Positions 14,050-26,351 of a DNA stretch of 64,000 bases are shown here, piece after piece. The notes under the pieces were generated by a model, which was not told the DNA's origin, ran no database searches, and saw nothing but the letters and a program-made list of their open reading frames with translations. How positions within the stretch are numbered: the stretch's first letter is position 1; every line of letters starts with the position of its first letter. The position numbers were made by a program, and so were the translations under genes. Origin of the DNA: Haplodiscus bocki (taxonomy: Eukaryota); NCBI GenBank assembly GCA_965655095.1, contig OZ296650.1, positions 14,694,001 through 14,758,000 of the forward strand. Reading direction: 5' to 3'.

Positions 14050-15096
14050 CTCACCGAATGAGTGGCCAAGAATTTTCTTGAACCAACTTTAGGAATCTGA
14101 AAATCCAAATTCACATGCAGTATACCTAATAGCCACTACCTAAAACCTCACAACTATTCAATAAAAGATAAACATTAAATACTCAAATTACTACAGAAAA
14201 ACTTAACCGAACATATTCTTCTGTAATTAACTCACTAATTTCATAAAAACTGGTCTGACTGTCATGTCAGAAATGCGAATTGAAACACACTATACAAAGC
14301 AATTGCAGATTTGAGCTGGAAAATGTCTGAAACCGATAAAACATAGTACCACTTTGAAATTCCGGTGCCTCACGAACCCTTCTCAGCTGAAACAGCCCAA
14401 AACCCAAATTCCCAACCCCAATGTTTTTTTGTCAGCTGACTCAAAAGTTCTCCGAATAACATCATTTTGTCAGGTATCCAATTGATGGGTGAATTTCAGC
14501 TGAGAAGCATAGGCCTTTTTTCGAATTAAGGACAGATACAAGAAGTAAAAGTGAAGTTGAGTTATAGCGCATTTGGACGATCCCAATGATGACATCCGAC
14601 TAACGCTATAATCTTTCATGCTTAGAGGTCGGCCTACAGGTGATTCGGAGCTGTTGTCAATCCACTAATAGCTCCATTTGTAGCAGTATATTAGCTGTAG
14701 CGACTTCACTTGAACATAAAAGGCTGGAGCCATCTTGTAGGCTATCAATTCATGTTATCACTTCCTTCAGCAATAACTGCAGAATGCTTTCAAGACTGCT
14801 TGCTGCAACTTAAGAAAAAAGCAGCCGACCGGAGTAAAAAAAATTATCCGTTTATTAGACTACGACCGTGAATTTTGACCTCAGAGCAATTGAGTGAGCT
14901 TGTAAATCTGGTGTGCAATAAAACAATTACCACCTAAAAACATTTTTCCCAACAACTTTTTTTCTCATTACGCCAATGGGCCATCTCATCTGCCATACAC
15001 TGAGCGTTTTTGACCCGCTTGGAGTAATTTTTGTTTATATGTAACTTTATGCTTGTAACTTAAGCTGAATAGCCACTACCTAAAACCTCACAACTA

Positions 15097-17942
15097 ATAG
15101 CACAAGTTCACGGAGAGTTTTTCACCTGACGGTTCGGGAGATCGCCGCTCGCGCAAACCTCGGGATCAGAGGAGTCCCTCCAGCTGCCATCCTGAGCGGC
15201 TGGTTCCGATGAAAAATTTGAGTCAGAATCGAATGGCCCAGACCGGGACAAACTTGTGCACCGCGACAAATCCAAAATAGAGTACAAGAATGACCAAAAC
15301 AGGCTGGCCCGAACTGACTAGAGATTGCACTCCACCGCGCCAAACCAGGGAAACGCCGCCTCAACAAACCAGGTGACTCCCGCTTAGGAGATAGTGTACC
15401 GTCAAAGAGTGGTCAAAAATCAGGATAAACCTGAAAAGAATAATATCCGTGTAACGAATTTCATTGAAAAGAAAATGGGTAGGACAAGGACTGCAACAAC
15501 CTAGCAGCGCCATTGGTCTTTGGAAAAAGGTTCGAGCAATAAATGGATAGCAGCACCTGGATAGCAAAGTACGCGAGGTCTTCAACCATCTAGGAATCGA
15601 AACCAACATCTCGTTCATTGAAGGCATCGGAAAACCCAGGCGAGCTCCGAAAAGTGAACAACCTAGTCCTCAAAGACCGAGAACTGCCGTAGTGACGGTA
15701 TCAACAAGCTGGGATACGAAGCGCATCCTTGATCGCGCACACCTACTGAAGGATTTCAAATCAAGGGTCTATATCACCGCCGCCCTCACCAAGCAAGAAA
15801 AAGAAATAGAAAACGAACTCCTAAAGAAAAGAAGAGAACTGATTAATAACGGTGAGAAGAAAGATAACATCCGCATTCGTAACCTCAAACTGTTTGTAAA
15901 CGATACAGAAATCAAACTCCATTCACCTACTGAAAAAATCCAAGAGGCCAAACTGGCCGACAGTTGACTAATAGTCAACCAAAGTCTTCACATCAGCTGC
16001 TTCAATGTCAGAAGCCTTATATCGAAAAAACGAAGAAATACACTATCAAAAGCAGCGCTTCTTTCAAATAGCGAGATATTAGCCCTCACGGAAAATTGGC
16101 TACCACAAGACATAGCTAGCAGCGAGATCGGCCTGACAGAATACCAGATATACCGATCAGATAGAAAATACACCACAAAAAGCAGACACGGAGGCGTGCT
16201 ACTGGCGATAAAAGAAAACATGCCACATAAACTCTACGAAAAAATAAACAATATCGAAGACGCCGTTTGCTGCACCATCGACGACACTCTCCTAGTTGTA
16301 TGCGTCTACAACCCGCCCGAAAACAGTCCCTACCGTTGGCCAATTTCAAAATGGGAAAATTTGGTAGAGGCTGCAGGAACTCCAATATCCCCAAACTCGT
16401 CATAACAGGTGACGTCAACATGCCAAAAACAAACTGGGAATCCTTCATCTCTGAAAACCAATACGAAACGGAAGTGCTTCAAGTACAGGAAAAGTTACAC
16501 GTGTCACAAGAAATCAGAATCCCCACGTTCGCCCAAGCAACCCTGGACGTCCTTCTATGCAACGACGATTTTGTTGTACGGGCCAACTACGACGCTATCC
16601 TCAACGCGAAATACTCGATTGATGGACGTGCGGCTTCCGACCACCACGCAATCCAGGTGGAAATACACTACGAACACCACGCTGTGCACCGGCCCTCAAT
16701 AATGCAGTACAGCTTCTGCAATGCAGACTACGACGAACTAGACAGAAGCATTGCCACAGACCCCTTTAAAGGGATCTCTTGGTCTAACCCCAACGTCATC
16801 CTCTCCCAATGGCAAAACTGGCTAGACGAAAAACTAAAAGCCACCGCGCCAGCCAGAACCAAGCACCGAAAGTCACTTCCACCATGGGTGTCTCAAGAAG
16901 GTTCTCGTCTCCTGAAACGAGTGCAGTCCCTCCAGCGAACTGGAAACCGAGACAAAACAGAAGCGATTGAAGCATGCGACAGACAACTGAAAACGGACCA
17001 ACAACAAAACGAAACGCTACTAGCCGTCAGTAGAGACGGAAACAAGCTCTTCAAATACTACAGGACTATCAAAAAGCCACCAGTCGTGCTACTATCCATG
17101 TTTTGGAACGGCACGATAGCAACGACCGACAGAGAAATTGCAAACCTTTTCAACATGTTTTTCCAATCTGTGTTCTCACAAAAAGAAAAAAACCAAGAAC
17201 GTCAGAACGAAGCCAGCACTGGCCCAACCCTGGTAAACTACGACGTCTCGGAAAACAAAGTGCTATCAATCATCTCATATTTGGATGAAAACAAATCTTG
17301 TGGGCACGACAAACTTCCAGCCTCTCTCTTCAAGAAAACGCCGGCCCTCTCCAAGTCCATCTCCCACCTCTTCAAAGCTATCAAAGACAGATGCAAGTTC
17401 CCGGACGCCTGGAAAACGGGAAAAATTAAGCCGATCTACAAAAAGGTGACAAATCACTCTGTAATAACTACAGACCAATCACCCTCCTATGTATACTCTC
17501 GAAGATCCTGGAGAAATGCATATTCGATTCTTTGTTCCCCTACGTGGCAAATCTGATCCACCAGTCCCAACACGGTTTCCAAGAGAGAAAATCAACTATC
17601 TCTCAGCTACTTGTGTACCTCGGCATAATCTACTCCAACAAAACTGCTGACACCAACATCGAAGCTGTGTACTTGGATTTTGCCAAAGCCTTCGATAAAA
17701 TTGACCACTCGATCCTCATTAACAAACTGAAACACATCGGTGTCGGAGGGAAACTGCTGAGTATTATGGAAGACTACCTCTCAAATCACAAACAATACGT
17801 CGAAATAAACAGCACAGCATCTGATCTCCTCCTGGTACTCAGCGGAGTGCCCCAGGGATCACTACTGGGCCCGCTTCTCTTTTTGCTATACATCTACGAC
17901 ATGCCACAAAACCTAAACTGCGCTTTCTTCAGTTTTGCTGAC
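15097..17942 (+). mobile_element. CR1/L2-type LINE, frameshifted, truncated at the RT FAD(D) motif
   Basis: ORF1 C-terminal part 15692-15967 (LTKQEKEIENELLKKRRELINNG...IRIRNLKLFVN). ORF2 APE endonuclease from ~15970 (CFNVRSL, LTENWL, RHGGVLLA, VYNPP, ITGDVN, SDHHAI) and RT (GHDKLP, NYRPI, QHGF, YLDFAKAFDKIDH, GVPQGSLLGPLLF, FAD). The 5' boundary is approximate. Confidence 0.9.
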
Positions 17943-18948
17943 TTTTACATTGCCCGACGTCCATGCTTTCAGCTGCCCAAGACTCCACAATAAAACGCAA
18001 GATTTGTCGAATGTGTTGACACTTGCCGCATGATGGGTGATGCTTCTGGTCCGCCGTACCGTGAAATGTTCACCACGATTTATTTCTTCGACTAGCTTCT
18101 CGCCGTCAAAGTTTCACCTCTGCTTCTGGACACACGATCTGTAATTCTGCCACCTGCCAATTACGCCTCCGTGATCCTTGCTATTAATATCATCGCAGTT
18201 CATCAACGGCATGTTACCTCGAAAGTATACCATCCTCCAATTGTCACTCCTTGCGGATTCATCCCTAGTTTTAAGGTTCATTGTTATGGTGGTTTTGAGT
18301 ACGCTACACTTTGTCGCAGTTCGGTTCATCAAACCTGCTTGTTGAAAAAAAATCAGTCTGCAACCATTCATTCGACGTCTGTTTTTGCCTGGTTGAGCCG
18401 GACTACTCAGAAATTTGCAAAAATGATACATTGCGGTTTCATTTCTGACAGAAAAGCGTCTTAGATAGGTTGACGCACACACACGATTATACACGCATCA
18501 CTACTTTGGCGGAGCGTGGATTACTAGGCGTATCCTGCTTTACAATGTTTATTACTCTTCGTTTGAAAGAATAACGTATTTATCCGTCAGCAGATGACGA
18601 ATTCCTTGTACAGTGACCTTGCGGTCTTTTGCAATAGGCTTTCTCCTTTACGGGAGTACCATTTTAGCGGCGACTATCAGGAACAAATCTCAAAAACTGA
18701 TGTAGGAAACGGAATTGCGTCGTCACATACCCCAGTCTGATGAGGCAACTGTTCGATGGATGCAAAAAACGTGGACTTATAGAACAAACAAACGCCACCT
18801 AAAAAAAGAACACATTAATCCGGGAACCTGTGTTCTGGTAACATCTTTTATCGGCAAGGCCTTCCTTGTCGTGAAAACCCTATATCAGCCTGTCAGATAA
18901 AACATTTCGCGAAGCTTAGCACCTGGAACATCAGTCAGCCCATGCCTA

Positions 18949-19674
18949 CACTGTAAAACTGGCGCGTGCAAAATTGCCTGCAAACGCAGGTAACTTTGCA
19001 TGCAGTTCGCAGGTAAAAAGGTCCCTCGCGCGTTTTACCTGCGTTACATGCGGTTTACCTGTAATTACAGGTAAATTTACCTGCTTCGAGGCGGCAAGCA
19101 CCTCGCGCGGAACACACGCGCATTGCCTGCGGGCGCATGTAAATTTACCTGAATACCACAGGTATTTTACAGGTAGTTTTACATGCAGAACTCATGCAAA
19201 TTTGCCCGCAACTAGCATGCAAAATTGCCTGCTTCTACAGGCAAAAATACATGCAACTTACAGGCAAAACACTGGAATCGCAGGTAAAAATACCCGCCAA
19301 ACGCAGGCAAAAATAACTGCAAACGCAGGAAAAAATACCCGCACAATCGCAGGCAAAAAAACCTGCAATTCCACGCAGAATTATCTGCAATTGCAGGCAA
19401 TCTGCCATCACACCGCGGGTAAATTCACCTGCAAATTGCTGGTAAGTTAGCCTGCATCATGCAGGTGAAGTTACCTCCAACTTGCGTGCTTTATTAACTG
19501 CTATCGCGTGTATTCTGCGTGAGGTGCTTGCCGCCTCGTAGCAGGTAAATTTACCTATATTTACAGGTAAACTGCATGTAACGCAGGTAAAACGCGCGAG
19601 GGACCTTTTTACCTGCGAACTGCATGTAAAGTCACCTGCGAACTGCATGTAAAGTTACCTGCGTCGCAGGTAAT
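18949..19674. mobile_element. Foldback/MITE-like non-autonomous DNA transposon with long inverted arms
   Basis: ~18973-19130 is the reverse complement of ~19505-19674 (e.g. AAAAAGGTCCCTCGCGCGTTTTACCTGCGTTACATGC / GCATGTAACGCAGGTAAAACGCGCGAGGGACCTTTTT). The interior is built of GCAGGT/ACCTGC subrepeats. The left end is TA-CACTGTAAAA. Confidence 0.8.
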
Positions 19675-22129
19675 GCAATCTTGTCGAAAACCTATCATTA
19701 TTTGCGGGAAAGCTGGAAGGGAAGATTCTTCCATTTCTAAAGAACGGACCAGAATACCCCTCAAACTGAATATCGAAAAAATTTGATGTCGTCAAAAAAG
19801 AAGAAAAATTGAGCATTTCTTGCAGATTTCACTCCACACAGATATGAAGTCAACGAAGGAAGCCATTTTCCAACAAAAACCCCCAAAATCAATCCATTCG
19901 TGGTCAAATCACTTTTGGAATCCAATTGCAAACGTTTCCGTAAAAGTGCAATACGAGAAAACTTCAAACTAAAACCTGAAACACAGCTGAGAAAAAACTC
20001 ATTCCTATAACGGAGGTAACTATACCCATCAATACAATGAATTAAAAGAGAAGCTGTAACCAGTTTGCTTCATTTGTGTCTGAACCATATTTGAGCACCA
20101 GGTCAAAGACATGTATGCATCTCAAAAAGTTCAAGGTTTTTTCTAGTCTTCACAGGCCAAAAACACATTTCAGGCACGCGCAGGGCCACCAACGAGCAGG
20201 CGCATTAACAGGCTCCATTAACATCTTTCAAAGCACAATTATTACAGTATACGAAGTAGAACATCAAAAGACAGTTAACACAAAACTTGGAAAACAGACT
20301 ATTTGATTTTCGTATACGTATACGAACAGTTTTGACACCAATTATCACTTTTGAAGAGCATGGCCTTTCAGTACGCCTCTGACTACCAGACCTTCGCATG
20401 TGGAACACCAATTATGATCGTTTTGCAACGTGGCCAGAAGTTACATGAATTTTTCACATTTCATTGCTTAACTGCTTCCAGCACAAACAACTTCTCTACC
20501 ATAGGAAAACGACACAATTGAATATGGCAGAACATAGACGTCTCTTAGCGAACAAGCAACCACGCCTGTAACCGTTGCTTTGAAGCACAACAAATGATCC
20601 AAAGTTAGAGCAGGCCCTGATGGTTGAGAGCCTGATCAAAGACTTCTTAGGCAGTACAGATTCATAAAGGACTGTTTTTGAACAGTTTTCGGAATTTGAA
20701 AAAAAACAACTGTCTATTCCCGTCGAAATCCTATCTGCAAGATCTTTTATCCCCAAACGCCACCATTTAGATCCTATCTCTGATCAAAGTCCAAGTCTCT
20801 TCTGCTTGAAACTGGAGAAAATCCACTCAGAAGATTTCGACTCTACTTTGGAAATTCAAAACTTGTTCAGACTTATAACCATCAAAGTTATACTTATACA
20901 GATGGTAGTGTCTGATCAAAGTCTAAATAATCACCTGAACATTTTAGACAAACTCGTCACGTGACATTTAGAAGGAATCAATTCAGAGTGTAATCAATCC
21001 AAGGTGATTGAGATAAAAGAGCATACTAATCAAATATGCGTTACCAAAATCGATGTTCTTTTTGTTGATATCCGGAGTTAATTATTAACGAAAGCTGATA
21101 AACTATAATCTGGTTCTTGTCGAGTTCAAATCAAGCACCTCTTATCACCTTCGAAAACCAACAAATAGAAAGTGTTATGTCCAAATACAAAATCGAGATT
21201 AAAATATTAAATACGTGAAATTTCAAGTAGATTCTTCATCAATTTCAAGCTTCACGTGTCCTTGGAGCAAACTAACTGCACCTAACGTTGCAGAGAAAAA
21301 ATTGGAAAAATTGTTTTTTTTAGAAGTGACATCTATATTCGTGATAAAATGTCGTTTATGTTCAGTAATCTGAAGAAACATTTTTAAAAAAACAAACTTC
21401 CTAATGTCGATGAAATCAAATAAATAAAACAAATCCTTCAAAAGGAGATTCAAGAAAAAAAACCTCCAATCAGATTATGTAACACCAATCACTAGCAGCA
21501 TGGAGCAAAATTGCGCTGCCAGCATGTATGTTGCTCTTCAAAGCGATTTTTCCCTGAACGTAAAATTTTCGACTTCAGAATCTTTCGTAACTTCTGTCAT
21601 TCAAATAGCTCCAAGAAAAGTTGTTAGAGGCGAAGTTCAAAAAAAGCCCACGATACAATTGTGCCCAACAACAATCTAGCGTGCATGGAACAACATGGTA
21701 TTGACGTCATGTAGACGATCCACATTTGGCTGATGTAGTTTATAACAAACTCACCAGACAACTTAGATAAATTAAAGTCTAACTGGGGAAAAAATGAGAG
21801 AAACAATAATCGCTCACAAGGTGTTCCTGCAAAGTAATTGAGAACTGTAGTTAAGAATTGGTTCCCTTTGCTAACACTTAACTTTGAAAAAAGTGGTACA
21901 AAGAAAGATTGTCAAAATAACAGTTTTTCGACGTTTGACCAAGTCTTGGAGAAAATTGAAGTGTTCTGAAGTTATTCGAGGCATCTCAAATTCAAGACTC
22001 ACAGGAGTGTAGGGAACTGCAGTAGGTTCATTTTCATCACCAAATGAGATTCGAATTGTCAATCAAAAATTCACGAATAAAGTCTTAAGGTTGAATTTTA
22101 TGTGGTGGCACCAACAACCCCGAAAATGT

Positions 22130-22576
22130 TGGTAAAACTCCTTGGTTTTAGCCTGGGTTCTGAGATCCTCCTGTTCTAGTTTTATTCAGAACGGGGCAAG
22201 AGGAAGAGTTTACAGAAAAGAATTTCTTGTCGATCGTTTTCAGTCAGCTATTCAAAAAAAGCCCAAAATTTTCTTCTCGCCAAATTATCGTCATCAATAT
22301 TTAAATTTTTATACTTTTTGTGTTTCCTGTCAAGCGGAAATTTTCCGATAAATTTCTTGAATTAAAAAAATGCTCATGTGTGTTTTTAAGGGGTCGGTCA
22401 TAAATTATTTTTTTTTGCTTTTTTATTGCTCTGGAAGTTACTATTTGCGTTCTGGGGTGAGTTTTTTTGTAAGAATAATTACTCGGTGCTCCAAGTTAGG
22501 GTTAAATTGTTTAGTGAGGGTTTAAATTGATTAGCTCCAATTAAATTAATACTTTTTAAAATTCGAAAGTTTTACA
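22130..22576 (-). repeat. 3' LTR
   Basis: Direct repeat of 34471-34912, with 13 mismatches in the first 100 aligned nt by eye. Begins TGTAAA on the minus strand and contains AATAAA (22422-22427). Preceded by a purine-rich GGAGTTGGGTAGTG PPT-like tract (~22580-22593). Confidence 0.9.
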
Positions 22577-22737
22577 TTACACTACCCAACTCCAATTATT
22601 TAACTCGCCGGTTTAAAATGTTCATCGGTATGTCTATCAAGTGATTATTTTTATTTTCTTGCAAACTTGCCCTTTTCGTAGTTGTCTATTGAGTTGCGAG
22701 TTTATTGAAGCATCGGGTTCTGGGTTTCTTGTTTCTC

Positions 22738-24868
22738 CTAATTGAGATTCGGGATCAGCAAATTTTGGTTTCTCCACGGAAATTCCTCATCGTTCTCTAG
22801 TCCTTTCAGACGTTGATTTTCCAACATCCTGATCGGTTTCAATGGCATCTTCTGTTTGTCCAGTTTATGGTAGAACGGTAGAGTTTTATGGAAGCTTTTG
22901 TATCTATCTAAAGCATAAATAACACCCAAGTGTAGTGTTTTACTAACAAGGAACACTACTAAGGCAATTGCAAGGTGAATTTTAAAGGACAGATAGTTGT
23001 TGAACTGTTTCTTCACTGACGGCGTCAGTGCTCTAAACTTTTGTGCAATTGGTTGTGCAATATAGTTCAAATCTGAACGGTATGAGTGATCCGGTTGGGA
23101 CTGTAGTTCCAGTTTCAAGGAGTTCAGCAGTTGAATATCCGCATCCACGCGTGTGTTGTAGTGAGGAAGCTGGTCCACTGTTGAGATGAGGCTGACTAGT
23201 CGAGCCATTGGTTCCGTTAGTGTTACATTTAGTTTCAGTGGTGGAACGTTCATACAGGTGCTTAGATCAGATCTCATTCTAACGTTGGGACCGATTAATT
23301 GTTTGCCACAGCTTAGGCTAACCAGGCATATCTGACAACCATCGATCATTGTGGATCCTGCTGTCGTTGTTGCATTCATGTAGGATTCTCGAAATTTACA
23401 ATTGGGTGAGGTTGGGGTTATGAGACGTATTCCATAACCGAGGTTCGTTGATTTTTCCTTTAGAGGGAGTGTCACAGCTTCGGTGTCGCAAACTTCAATT
23501 GCGTCCATAATGTTTGCAAAATGGAGTACTGCCAAGCATGCTGCATCTGATGTCTCGGTCGCCATCGATTCGTGACAAATCTTGTATTTGTTGGAGCCGA
23601 CATCTTTTCCCAATTGATCACGTGTGACCAATGCTGCTTCTCTGAGATCTTCAGATTTTGCGATGTACTCCGTTTCTACAGTCCACTGGATTGCATACTC
23701 TTTTTCCAATCGTGGCATGGGGACTACTATTGTTTTGTAGACCGTGAAAACTGTTTGGCGGGATGCTAGTGGAATTGACAACGTCATCAGCAAGCCCCTG
23801 TCCAATGTTGGGACGTCTAAGAGTATTCTCGCTTCATAATACGCCGGAAGCTCGTCCAGAGGAATTGCCAATTTGTTAATCTATCAAGTGATTGTAGCTG
23901 TTCTGTGGCCACCTGCTGCAGGATTATTTCCAGCGATTCTCTCGGTAACAAAGACATCGGCACATATTGGGTCAGTAAGGAGGGTATGGCGTTCATGATG
24001 TTCATTTGGAATGCATACAGTGCTGCTCTGTAGGACATGACGTTACTGCAAATCAAGGATAAGAATGATGAGATGGTATCAAAGTTGAAGTTCACTTGTT
24101 GTCTTGTATAGAATAATTGATCACAGTCTCTCATCTCCTGGATGTTTTGTTGAAAATTGTTGAACTGTTTCTCTTTTGTTCTCCAGTTCTCATTTTGGGT
24201 CTCTACGATTTGTCTTTGAAGGCCATGTAACATCTGTAATTCCTTTGATACTCGGAAAAACTTGGCATTCATTGCCTTTGCCAGCTGTTCAATATTTTGA
24301 TCCAAAGATATCGCGAACTCTCCCGGTTTTTCAATATTCTGTGCATTCTGTTTTGCCTTTTCCAGACATGATCCAAAAATACCCATAATACCGCATTTTC
24401 CAGAGCAAAAACTGATGCCACCTCCGAATAAACCGATTGCGCCTACCGCTGCGGCTGCTAACAGAAATGCTCGTTTTTTCCGGGTCTTTCTTTTCGCTTG
24501 CGTACATTTTAGGAATGATGCCACGTCACTCTTGATTTTCAGCTCGTCAGCTTGTGCGAAGGATTTTTCCTCCTTTGTTTCTTTGAGGAGCCTGTCCATT
24601 TTAAAAAATCTACTTCACTTGTATTTGTGAAGTTGAGATAGCAGAAGTAAGTTGAGGTTTGCCACATACTTTGGAGTGACTGTGCAATTTGGTCAACTTT
24701 CGAAATAAGAGTCATTTCAAAGCGTGGGAAGGTGGCGAAAACTTGGACATTGATAAATTTTTCTGCTAGGAGGCTTTCTGTTTCTTCATTGAAGAAAATG
24801 CCTTTGTTCAAGCTGCCTTGGCGGCTATTAGCCTGAGCTATGTGAATGAAAAAAATTATTGAAAGCAT
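22738..24868 (-). pseudogene. env: env: class I (F-type, baculovirus-F/errantivirus-like) fusion glycoprotein, two frameshifts
   Basis: Signal peptide MLSIIFFIHIAQA; furin site RKTRKKR (24471-24491) followed by fusion peptide AFLLAAAAVGAIGLFGGG; heptad repeat region; LSIPL...FTVYKTIVVPMP; Cys-rich region; C-terminal TM IHLAIALVVFLVSKTLHLGVIYAL. Confidence 0.88.
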
Positions 24869-24899
24869 TTTGTGCAGAATTCTGGGATTGTGAAACGTA

Positions 24900-26310
24900 G
24901 ATTTCCTGTACTAACAATATTAGAATAGCTCAATCTCCATGTTGGCCAAGAAGTCAATACGTTTGGCTTTCAGTTGTTGTTGCCCTTTCATTGTGTTGAC
25001 CAGTGTTTAGAGTGAGTAGAAGAAGTCCACAACTTCGGGTGTTGCCTCGTCAATGTCCATGATACCGAAGGTGCTATCGTTTTCAGTTGTGGCCTTAAAA
25101 AAGGGATGCACAACAGCCACATTGTTGTGTTTGAATTGATTGGATGAAGATGGGTTGCAGTTTTTGTAGTGGAATCAATTTGAAGTGTTGTGGGAAAGTG
25201 ACTTTTGTTGGAACTAACGTAACTTTCACCATGAGGCCGTTTGATGCAGACATTTTGAGTTAATTACTCTGAGTTAGAATTGTCGTTTCAAACATGTGAG
25301 GTGAGACGCTCTGGAAGTTGCGTAGTGTTTTGAAATAACGATTGGTATCATGATGAAGAAAAACTGTTTCCTTCGTTAGAGTTGGAAAAGAACTACCAGT
25401 TGTGCCAATCGAAAGTTATTGGTTAGATTTGTTCCATGTGAATTCTGGGCAAAAGTTTAGGCTAATTTCTGCGACCAGCTGAATTTCAATAAAAAATTAG
25501 CATGAAGGGGTTGTTGGTGCCCAATGTAGGTTTAATAATTTCTGGGCAGTCTTCGGGGGGTCTTGGTGGTTTGATTGCGCTGAAGCGGATATTGACAGTT
25601 ACTAAATTGAAGCAAGTAATTTCCGCAGCAACTGGAGCATTTTATTACAGATCAGTTTTTTTTACTTGTCAATTTGCGACCGGGATTCTAATAATCTGAC
25701 ATCATTAGAGTGTACTCGCGCGGAAAATTCTAATTTCCAGATTAATATAATTGTTTTGTTCCCAGAATCGTGAGTGACTTCTTTTTGTTTACTTTTGTCT
25801 CATTGACAAAATATCTGTCGCCATTTCTACGTCATTATCTGAGTGACCTAAAATGTTCAAATCTCACAGACTTCAAGGTTGTTTCGAGCCTTTTCAGATC
25901 ATGATTTTTGACCGTTTTGTTTTGGCTGAAAGCTATGAAATGGAGTGTTGCTCTCATGAGGCCACTATTTTTTGCAATTCCGTGCCTATTAGTTTTTCAC
26001 CAAATCAGGATGCACGGTGTCCCCCAGTGTCAACAGCAGCAACTGTAGAGGTTGAAGATGTTGACCCTGATGTCAATGTGTTTTCTGTGGTGGAACTGGT
26101 GGGGATAGTACTGGTTCCTCTAACCAGCGTTATTATCTGTTTTGTAGAGCAGAGACGAGTCGCAACCGAGTGAAGTGGGCGTGTTTTAGGTCTTTACAAA
26201 CAGTTTTAGCGCTGTTAGTATGTTGTTTATTATTTTCAGTACAATTTTTTGTGGGGGAAATTTAGGTTACTGTAGTTTTTTGTAACTTTATTCTGAGCCT
26301 ACGGTTTCAT
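24900..26310 (-). pseudogene. Degenerate accessory ORF upstream of env (possible membrane-anchored Thr/Ser-rich glycoprotein)
   Basis: Fragments read KIVLKIINNILTALKLFV (hydrophobic), GTSTIPTSSTTENTLTSGSTSSTSTVAA (mucin-like) and AEITCFNLVTVN...PPRPPEDCPE. Many stops. Confidence 0.35.
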
Positions 26311-26351
26311 TATCTAAATAATTTTGGGTTTCATGCCTTTTTTACATCATA

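Noticed and set aside
14586-14650. Possible C/D-box snoRNA (ATGATGA at ~14586)
   Set aside because: No properly placed CTGA D box or terminal stem, and no identifiable rRNA guide.
18974-19450. 158-aa ORF (and mirrored 19457-19648)
   Set aside because: By-product of the stop-poor palindromic repeat; similar peptides arise from both arms and there are no protein motifs.
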